Source: an uncultured virus (IMG/VR IMGVR_UViG_3300009104_000005) (taxonomy: Duplodnaviria > Heunggongvirae > Uroviricota > Caudoviricetes). From it: a DNA stretch of 58,800 bases. The stretch lies in the IMG/VR virus record IMGVR_UViG_3300009104_000005, one strand, 5' to 3'. Positions within the stretch are counted from its first letter, which is position 1, and the number at the start of each line of letters is the position of its first letter. Of the stretch, positions 9,906 to 19,100 are shown piece after piece. Under the pieces are notes generated by a model. The model was not told the DNA's origin. It worked only from the letters and a program-made list of their open reading frames with translations, and did not search any database. The position numbers and the translations under genes are program-made.

Positions 9906-10538
9906 TCACACCACCGGAGGGACTGGAGTTTGTTGTACTGGTAATCCTAGTGCTCCTCTGAACACATTACCAACAGTGCTACCGACATTCTGCATGAAAC
10001 CAGGGTTAGCCATGGCAGCACCAAGTGCATCACTCATCAGATTCTGTTGAACCATATTGAGTATAGCCTGTTGTTGCTGGTGAGCCGCTGTTATGGAAGA
10101 TTGAGCAGCCGTGGCGAGAGTATTGTTCTCCATAGTCACACTATCAGGAGTAGGTAGGAGTGTAGCATCTACGAATTCAAACTTCAACTTACCATCGTCA
10201 GTCTCCACAAGAGTGGTATTCTTCAGAGTCTCAACAGTAGCGAGAGCACTGATTTTGTACATCAGTGAAACAAGCACCTGTAGATTAGGGCCAGCAAACC
10301 ATCTGTCTACTGGTACACTAGTCTGTATAAGAGCAGCCATCACTTCCAAATCGCTCGGTGGAGCCAAAGGTGGTGGCTGTTGATATTGGTATCCCATCCC
10401 CCCCATTATCCCTGCGCCCATTGCACTATAGGGGTTAGCGTAAGGGTCAGTCGTCCCATAAGCGGGCATTGACTGTTGATTATTGGGCAATCCTAGTGGG
10501 GCAGGAGTCGCTGATTGACTAGATTGCCACCAACTCAT
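9906..10538 (-). CDS. Q/P/G-rich hypothetical protein, last gene of GTPase module
   Basis: 210-aa ORF, ATGA-coupled to the upstream gene. Confidence 0.75.
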   Translation of the reverse strand: MSWWQSSQSATPAPLGLPNNQQSMPAYGTTDPYANPYSAMGAGIMGGMGYQYQQPPPLAPPSDLEVMAALIQTSVPVDRWFAGPNLQVLVSLMYKISALATVETLKNTTLVETDDGKLKFEFVDATLLPTPDSVTMENNTLATAAQSSITAAHQQQQAILNMVQQNLMSDALGAAMANPGFMQNVGSTVGNVFRGALGLPVQQTPVPPVV

Positions 10539-11554
10539 TCGACCACCCCTTGCATAGCCTCAGCAGTGTCCATCATCTCCTGCGTAGGGGGTGGCACAGT
10601 TGAAGTTTCCGTCTGAGGTGCTGTCTGTGCCAAGAGTTCTCCAAGTCCCATTGTAGGTGTACCTGAGGAAGCAGAAACACTGTTCATTATGGCCTCGTTT
10701 ATGAGCCTAGAGTTGACACCAGTCTCGAACTGTCTCATATCGAACACAATCACTGTGAGGTCATTGTTCCCATCAACATTCTGTAGTCTCACCACAGGGA
10801 TATTATCCTCCTTCATCATATTGAAGAATGGTTGATATCTCTGCAACGCAAGAGGGGTATTGTCCTTCCCTATCATCCCACCAGCCATACCAGCCACTGG
10901 GACAGTGACCATTGAGACACCCTTATTCAGTCTAGATTTGAGAGTGCTTGTAGTCCCATCTTCCTCATCCTGCTCTGCAGTTTCCCACTTCAGGAGCAAA
11001 TGATAGAGATGGAGATGCTCGGGACAGTATGTACCTCTGATAATTCTACCACTAGTCACACCCTCACGAGCCTGAAACCCTCTAGACTCCCCAGTTACTG
11101 GGTCTGTGAAATAGAGGTCCCACAGGGATTTCCCTGTCTCCTCATCCTTAATCATATCATAGACATTACCAGCAGCCCTCATCAGATTATCTACATCACA
11201 ACCATCAATGCAACAATGGGTAGCATCTCCGGCATACTGGTATTTTCCACCGAACCACCATCTACGCGGAGCAAATAAACTTCGCTTGGTGGGGGTGAGT
11301 AGTCTGTAAGCCTGACGAATATCCGACCTTCGGGCCTTCTTTAGGTTACCATGGTTGGATGGGTAGAAATTGACCTTAGGTATTTCGATATGAGTTTGCA
11401 TCGCTGCTTCCTGCATATAGGTCTGGGCTTGTGCCATCTCTCTCAGTTGCGCTAATGGCACCTGTGAGTTACCGGCTATCTGTAGCATTTGCTGACTATT
11501 ATAAGACCCCAGTGGAGGGACTTCTGCGGGCTGATTAAAGGGGTTCATCACCAT
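10535..11554 (-). CDS. Hypothetical protein with probable Zn site (HCCIDGC...YCPEH)
   Basis: 339-aa ORF starting 4 nt after the GTPase stop. Confidence 0.75.
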   Translation of the reverse strand: MVMNPFNQPAEVPPLGSYNSQQMLQIAGNSQVPLAQLREMAQAQTYMQEAAMQTHIEIPKVNFYPSNHGNLKKARRSDIRQAYRLLTPTKRSLFAPRRWWFGGKYQYAGDATHCCIDGCDVDNLMRAAGNVYDMIKDEETGKSLWDLYFTDPVTGESRGFQAREGVTSGRIIRGTYCPEHLHLYHLLLKWETAEQDEEDGTTSTLKSRLNKGVSMVTVPVAGMAGGMIGKDNTPLALQRYQPFFNMMKEDNIPVVRLQNVDGNNDLTVIVFDMRQFETGVNSRLINEAIMNSVSASSGTPTMGLGELLAQTAPQTETSTVPPPTQEMMDTAEAMQGVVE

Positions 11555-11558
11555 AGTA

Positions 11559-12275
11559 TCACCATGTTAGCATGTCGACCAAGGTCTGCTCTACATTCCA
11601 CCCTATCTTGGTGGCCATCATGCTCACCCGACAGGGTATTCCTGCTTTCTGCAGTTTCACCATTGCTGGTCGATACGGATTGAATATAGGATGCTCCCTT
11701 AGCCTTTGAGATTGCCAAAGAATGTTCGCTTGCTGGTCCCACCATGTGTCTGCCTTGTTTGCTACAACCCATATTTGTTTGGGGGCGTATTTCTGCCCTT
11801 TCCATCGACTTTTCAAACTGCGATATTTCCATCGCCTCTCGATTAAGGCGTCTACGAGATACTCCAGCCCTCCCACTGCGTCGATGGTATCTGAGCCGTT
11901 CCCACTCTGAGCCCTGTCGTCTATCATGAAGATGACCATTTCGACTTGCCTCTCGACCATGTCGTCTATCCAAAGATTCCAGAACCTCTGTTGACCCCCT
12001 AGGTCCGCAGAGTGCACAACACGCTTCTCTCCTTTGTATCGTATTCTCTTGCGAGTGGGATTGGGTAGAACATGTCCTGACCCTAGAAGCCTTTCTGAAT
12101 GACTGGTTCTCTCCTCGACATCTGCCATCTCTCCTGGAGTCGTCATGAATCTGTCCAAGGTGGTCTTCCCTACCATAGTTGGGCCGTATATCCCCAGCCT
12201 GCGTGGTTTCAGGTAATTGTAGAGGTCGTTCCCGAATACTACTGCTGCCATTAGGACAGAGCCACCAACCGCCAT
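11559..12275 (-). CDS. Small GTPase, Ras superfamily (Arf/Arl-like)
   Basis: G1 GPTMVGKTT, G3 DLGGQQRFWNLW, G4 NKAD, G5-like SMMAT; hydrophobic/amphipathic N-terminal helix before RLGIYG. Confidence 0.9.
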   Translation of the reverse strand: MAVGGSVLMAAVVFGNDLYNYLKPRRLGIYGPTMVGKTTLDRFMTTPGEMADVEERTSHSERLLGSGHVLPNPTRKRIRYKGEKRVVHSADLGGQQRFWNLWIDDMVERQVEMVIFMIDDRAQSGNGSDTIDAVGGLEYLVDALIERRWKYRSLKSRWKGQKYAPKQIWVVANKADTWWDQQANILWQSQRLREHPIFNPYRPAMVKLQKAGIPCRVSMMATKIGWNVEQTLVDMLTW

Positions 12276-12281
12276 GCACGC

Positions 12282-12527
12282 TTACACCCAACCGCCGACT
12301 GTCTCCTGAGCCCATGTGATAAAGGAGTCCACTGTATTTTCCCATAGACTCATATCGGCATTGCTCTCTACAGCCGAAGTTATGAATACTGCACCTACAG
12401 TAAAGATGACTGTCCTGAACCAACCCCAACTGTACTCGTAGTAATTATCGAGCGTATTCTGCCAATGAAGGGCTTTGAGAGTTGCTTCAGTAGCATCATC
12501 ACTAGGAGTCTTGAAAAGCCATCCCAT
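12282..12527 (-). CDS. Small membrane protein
   Basis: Central hydrophobic segment WGWFRTVIFTVGAVFITSAV; upstream GGTGTAG RBS-like sequence. Confidence 0.7.
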   Translation of the reverse strand: MGWLFKTPSDDATEATLKALHWQNTLDNYYEYSWGWFRTVIFTVGAVFITSAVESNADMSLWENTVDSFITWAQETVGGWV

Positions 12528-12531
12528 TCAA

Positions 12532-13092
12532 CTACACCTTTTTGGAAGCAAACTGACCACCAGGACCTCTTGGTTGTTTGTCGGACGGACCCAAGTCAAT
12601 AGAACCTTTCTCCTCTGCGGCATGCTGAGGAGGGCCAGGTGGTTGAGGGATTACTAACATATCACCCAGTTGAGTGATATCAGCACCAGTAGACTCCAGT
12701 TCTTGCTGGTGCTCCATCATCTGCATCTGTCGAACGAACTGTGCTTCTTGCATTCTCATCTCTAGTTCCATCTGGCGATTAGCCATTTCCTGTTGCATTT
12801 GTTGCATTCTACGAGTTCTCTCTCTGTCCATGCGTGCGAAGCCCGCTTTATGGTCCATCGAATCTTGCATCAATAATTTGTACAAAACGAAGGACATCCC
12901 TTGTAGGGTGAAAGCGGCCATCGCATATGTGTAAGCGTTAGTCTGGGTATCACTGGCTTTGAGCCAGAGACCAGAATCGAACACAGCGATAGTTGCCCCC
13001 ACGAGTAGGGATACAAAGGTGATTAGACCCAAGACCCTCAATTCATCTGCAGTTGTCTCACTAGGTTGTAGGGGTAGATTTGGCGATGCCAT
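12532..13092 (-). CDS. Two-TM membrane protein with Q/M-rich coiled coil and P-rich tail
   Basis: Two hydrophobic helices followed by RMQQMQQEMANRQMELEMRMQE; GGTGAGG RBS. Confidence 0.8.
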   Translation of the reverse strand: MASPNLPLQPSETTADELRVLGLITFVSLLVGATIAVFDSGLWLKASDTQTNAYTYAMAAFTLQGMSFVLYKLLMQDSMDHKAGFARMDRERTRRMQQMQQEMANRQMELEMRMQEAQFVRQMQMMEHQQELESTGADITQLGDMLVIPQPPGPPQHAAEEKGSIDLGPSDKQPRGPGGQFASKKV

Positions 13093-13126
13093 GATTCTTC
13101 CTCACCCGTGCGATAGGACAGGACCT

Positions 13127-13132
13127 CATATA
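13127..13132 (-). promoter_or_regulatory. Putative TATA box of GTPase operon
   Basis: TTATAT on the minus strand about 35-40 nt upstream of ATG 13092, in the only sizeable intergenic gap there. Confidence 0.4.
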
Positions 13133-13166
13133 ATCTCCGGTTAAGAGGTTGACCGGGTTATCGTTT

Positions 13167-16100
13167 TTATTGGACAATCTTGATATTCTTAAGAATCTTG
13201 TCCCAAGCAAGTGACATTGGCTCATCATCATCTGAACGGGTCCACTGCATAGGGCCTTCTGGTCCCTCTGTAGGATATTTTGGAGGCTCTGGTAATGTAT
13301 CACCTGTCAACCTGCCAGCCTCTTCCGTAGATAGAGTGCCCCTTTCCACAGGAGGAGGTAGTGGGGGTACCTTAATATTAGTACCTTCCAAAGCACTTTC
13401 TAGTCGTGAGTGATATGCTTCAGCATGGTCATGCCGACCTAGACCATGTACCCTATTTCGCTCCTCAATTAGAGCGGCTGGCGTGAAGACTGCATCACGC
13501 TCTACCCTATCAGTTGTCTCTAGCCCCTCCCTAACCGTACCATCCTCTTCCGGAGGTCTCGGTTTCGCACCATATCTGAAATGCCCCTCAGTCCTCTTAT
13601 CTAGAGCATCCATCCTATCGGTGAAAATTGAACCAGCAGTTCCCATAACCCCACCATTAACATGGTATATGTTATGGTCAGTACCGAAATTATTTTCTAG
13701 CATCTCGCTAGCCATCTGTTGGCTAGTCTTACCACCTCTTGACAAGAAAGCGCCATGTAGTAAAGTCATAGGGACATCACGCACTATCCCTGGTTTGGAA
13801 TGGTCAGCAATTTCTAGCCTATAGATTTTAGTCCCAGTCTGCATTTTATTCAAGAGTGCTATAGGATGCCCCTGTTCAGTGAATTGCTCTGTTAAACCAA
13901 GAAGTAATCGAGCATCATTCAACTTACCCTGCTCATAATCACTTAGTTTCTTCTTATCCTCATACTTGGTGATATGGCCCTTAGCCTGACCAATCTTCCT
14001 CTTGAGCAAAGCACTCTTGGTCCAACCTGGGAGCCCCCCTATGTTTTCAGCAGCGCTAGGTTTTCCCAAATCACTGAATGAAGTAGCCCCTGTTATTCTG
14101 AATAAATCACTAGTACCCACACCAGAAGAGGAGCCTGCTAGGAGCGAACTGAGTCTACGAACCTTCTTCTCGGCAGAACGATAGCCGGTGAAATATGCCT
14201 TGTTGAATTTAGGATGGCTCCAGCCGTTACCAGAGAAAAATCCAGAGTTGAGAGTAGGTATTACAGTATTGGGGTCCAGTAAAGCCTTCAACTCATGCTC
14301 TGCTTTCGTTGCAGCCTTGTCATTAACGACATCATGAACCCCTCGTAACTCCTTCCCTGTCAGTCTTCTATTGACATCTGGCATGAATAATGTATCAGAT
14401 ATCTGTGACCCCCCTGCTGCTAATCTCAATGCGTCAATAACCTGTTGCATCTCATCACCTTTAACAGGACTGAAGGAAGCCTCATCGCCCGCAAAGCCTG
14501 AGGTAATCTGATAATTTGGCCTATGATATTGGACTATCGCATACTTGTCCCACTCATTACTAGTGACACCACCGCTTATATGCTCACCCAAGGCTACATG
14601 CCCCATACCTGGGATTTCTGCACAATGTTGACAAGAATGTTTGTTATTCTGTTTATCTCTGAACCAACCTCTACCACCACACATACCACAGGATACTAGT
14701 GCGGGGTCTCTCAACCCTCCCTCATACGCTCCTGGTGTAAGAGTAGCCATGTATTGAGCCCTACTCTTTAGACTATCTCTGTTATCGAGTGCCGGAGCAA
14801 TCCAATTTATACCATCAGTGTTAAGGTGGCCTCCAAAACCCTTCCCAGGATAAATGTAGTCTTGATTGGGCTCACTGAAACTATCATGACAATGTGGGCA
14901 TTCGCCGTTGTCAACATCATCCCGACTGAGTTTCATAAAGCACCTAGGACATACTGATACAGGTTTTACTCCACTAAGAAAAAGTGTAGTGTCTCCGAAT
15001 TTGACTCTATTTCTCTCTTGAGGATTAGTATGGTCAAAGCCATGCTCTATGTAATTGAAAGTTGAAATATCATTTGGTATACTTCCTGAATGGAAAACAT
15101 CGAACGGTGAATGAGGTATTTCATTACCATCATCATCTACTAAATCGGGGTGAGTGAAATAGGGTATGTGCATGTCCAATTTCTCAAACCCGTTTAGCCA
15201 TTCAGAAGTAGCATCCTGAAGCGCCTCGAAATGCTCGTCTTCCACTTTCTCCTTCTTCTTATCAAACTCTTCTCTAGTGATACCCCCTTGTTTGTACTCA
15301 CTTTCAAGCCGTTTAATCTGAGCCCATTTTGACCCACCAACATCTTCCAAATCAGAATCCCGGAAGTGGTCCATCCACATCTGAAAACCATCTGCCACAT
15401 CTGACTTGAATTTTTCAGGGTCTAGATGTAGTACTGTACCATAGGCTTTGCTACTTACCATACTGAACCCTAATTCAATCATATTCCGAATAGCCTCATG
15501 TCCTCCATAGTATTGCTTACTAGGTATTTCAGTGTTCATCGCCTCTTGCATCCTAGGGCTAGCCATGAGACTCTTATGGTCAGGGGCTGGATTGTTACTA
15601 TGACGAAGTTCTAACATCTTCTTACCTTGACCAACAGTACTCGCATGCTCATACAATTCAGTAGGGCCGCAGTAACTCTCAGCCTCTGGGATAATCTGTT
15701 CGCAACCAGGATACTGACACTGTCCCATCTTAGGTTTCTCTCCACCTACCCACTCGGTAGGCTCAGGCTTTTTCCTTTCTCCCAATAATGGGGGCTCAGG
15801 TTTGAAAGTCATTGACTCTTTCAAATCCTCGAGTTTTCTGTCTTGAGCCTCAGAACCAGCAGGGAGTCCCCAACCCTCCTGTGGTGGAGGCCCAATATTA
15901 CCCGCACCCCAGAACTCATCTGCCGGCACCTTCTCTAGTTGCCTGTTGAAAGAGGTCCCAGTACCCATACCTCCAGTATGACTGTACCAAGGGTCACGGA
16001 TAGTATAAATCACTCCAGTAGGCTCACCTTTGTCGTCTTTCTCTTCATACCAAAGCACCCCTGGTATTTGCTTAGTTGCTCCTGGTAAGTGAGTTCTAGG

Positions 16101-19100
16101 AGGAATGTAACCACTTTCGTCGAGTACATCATCTGGGAGTTTGTTAATCACAGCCTTACTGGGGTCGACCACTAATTCTGTAGGCCCTGAAGGGTCCATT
16201 GGATACTTGATGGTTTTACCTAGTAGTTCTCTACCTTGTTGGGAAAGCCAATTCAAGGCTGTCCATAACTTCTCTCGTACATGTTCGGGAATGGGAGTGC
16301 CGGTATTACCATCACATCCAGGGCAGACATGAGTGCCATTACAACCTGGGCATTGCATTGATACTCCTTCTCTCGTGAACCAAGTGGGGTCCTCTGGGTC
16401 AAAATTAGGATGGTCCTCCCACTCAGAATGAGTATGTGTACGAGCATGCTCTTTGAAGAACTGGATTACTCTAGGGTCACCATATTCAATCTCACCACTT
16501 CTCATGATAGGTCTACCTTCAGCATCTAATGCCAACCAAGAACGCTCTCCATCTGTGGTTCTGAATTGAATGAATGCTGGGGACTTTTTGATAAAATCTT
16601 CAGGGCTTATATGGCCCATGCCATCACAAGCAGTGCAAGAGGTAGCATAACCCCAGGGGTTCAACCCCGTTACTCGGTCCCTGTGAGGTAAGATGGCTTT
16701 GAGAGCCTTCGCGGACCCCTCAGGGTCTGAAGAGCGTCTCATAAGCATATCACGAACTCTGAACCAAGCATCCTCATCTGCTGCATTTACACCTGATGAC
16801 TTAGGTTCACCCTTCATAGGAGCAGGTCCACGATAGTCCAATTCCCCATACCCTTCTTTCAAATCTTCAAGTGTTAAAGGGAATTCATCAGTCCCAAGGG
16901 GCTCACCTCTAAGAGCACACCAAATATAGTCAGCGATAGGTTTCATCTCCTCCAATGTCCTACCTTTGGTAGCGAATAAACCATTACTTTTCTTATAAAA
17001 ATCATGGTCAGGGTCACTGAGCCCTTCATCATGAGCAATCCAGGCTTTACCTATCCAAGCAGGTATGTTTGGGTTGTTGAGAAAGAGTGTCATATCTGGG
17101 AAATGATTAGTAGTAGGCATGAAACCATGGTGGTCTTGAGAGACATAACCATATCTCAAAGCCTCTTCACAATCTCGATAGTGACCTCTTAGTTCGCCAA
17201 ACACTCTCTCTAAGGTCTGTGGTTTCAAGAAGGGGGCCTTAGAATCAGTGGTATTGAATATCGACTCTGGCCAACCCTTCTCGATTTGCTCTTCTCTAGG
17301 CGCTAAGTAATAATGGGACCACTCTTTCTCTGCTACCAACAAGGGGGAGAGAAGATGCAAGTTGTTTTTGAGTAATCTCTTGTGAGCATCATTTACTTTT
17401 TCACCCTTATCCATATCTAGAGTCTTTCGAGCCCAATCTTGCATACCCTTCTCATCTTCACCCCCCGTCAACCATAGTGGGTTACCATGAGCATGTACGA
17501 GATAGTCAGGCGTGAGAATATGTATAGCATAGAGTTCCTTGAGCAACTCATCATGTTCAGGGTCTAGAATCCCGTCATCGTGAATCCTATCCAGATGCCG
17601 TTCACCATACGAATAGTTCTCCCTATCAGTCTCAGTAGTACCATGGAGAGCCTGCCTGTCACTGTTTGTATTGTAGTACCTACTATGGAACTTATGAGTA
17701 AATTGCTCATCAGGAGTGGGTTTACCACCCCGTCTTCTCATAGCCGCAAACTTACCAAAGTCTAAATCTCCTCTATGTTGTTTGTAGAGGGGACTATGGG
17801 TAAACTCCTGTCTCTTATTTATCCTCAACTTCTCGTACTCTTCACCAATATCCTTCCCCTGCTCCCTCCACTCTTCCCTTTGCTCAGGAGTAACAAGACC
17901 TATTTCCTCGTGAGTGTCTTGCAACTCGTCTAGAAGTGGACCTCTAGCCCAACTCGCTTCTTGTAATGCATACATATCCTTATCCATAATCGCTCTATGT
18001 ATCATTGACTCGAATATCTTGGTACCGTCCTCCGATTGGGGGTCATTGGGACAACCTTCTCCTGATGACATCATATTGGGACCCTGGTGATAACCATCCT
18101 TATCACCGAGATTGGGTATGTCTAGAGAATTTGAACCTGGCATAGGAGGTCTCCCCATCATAGCCTCAACCTTACAGAAGGGGCATTCTGTGTTACTGGG
18201 TAGAGCATCCTCATCATCCTGCATCGCACTTGCAATGGTATCGAATTGCTCTATGGCTTTCTCACCACGCTTATACTTCTCCAAAGCCTGCTGATGGGTT
18301 TCCCCATCAAAAACCGACTGGAATTCTTCCCCTTCCCTCTCTATCAAGTCCTTCATAGCCATATCTAATTGCTGGATTTGCTGCTTCAACTCTGGTGAAG
18401 GGTCCTCAGTGTAAGCATCACTTTTCATTTTGATATCCTCATGCAACTCCTTGTACTTGTCCAGAACAGCCAATGTGAGTCTATTGATATCCATCGGATT
18501 ATGGTATATCCTGGACTTAGGGCCTACACCAGCAACTATCCTCCTATTGTGACCATCACCACAACAAGCACAGGATGGCTTCATATCTCTCATGAGAGAA
18601 TTATTCGTAACAGCAGAGATGACCTTATTGCCACCATACCTTTGGACACCAGTACTTTCATGACCATACACACCTCCACCCAGGTCTACTTTCTTCCGGC
18701 AGGCTGGACATGGGTGTCCCTCCAAATAATTACCAGTGCCTGATTCTCTAGCCTGTCGCGACCCATGACATACTCCACATGGTGCAATCGCAGGTCTAGA
18801 ATCAAATCTCCCAGGATGCCTAACCGTCTCCAAATGATTAGATATTCTCTGATTTATCGCCTCAGGATGATTTGGTAGGTGTGGGTCATAAGAGAGTATC
18901 TCACATAGTTTATTGAACCAAGAAGAATGGACAGCATCTCTCAAGAAGAAACCTGGCACACCAAGATTATTATCTATCAACTTGAAGTCCTCAACTAAGG
19001 ACTTAGCAATCTCATCACGAATGTGAGTAATAGGAGCCCCTTTATTCTCGAGCATAACTTTTCTTCTCAAATCCATAAGATTGCGATTGGTAAGAACTCC

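Noticed and set aside
11548..12429. 293-aa alternative-frame ORF overlapping the GTPase on the same strand
   Set aside because: R/S-rich shadow composition with no motifs and no RBS; the GTPase frame explains the region. An overprinted gene cannot be fully excluded.
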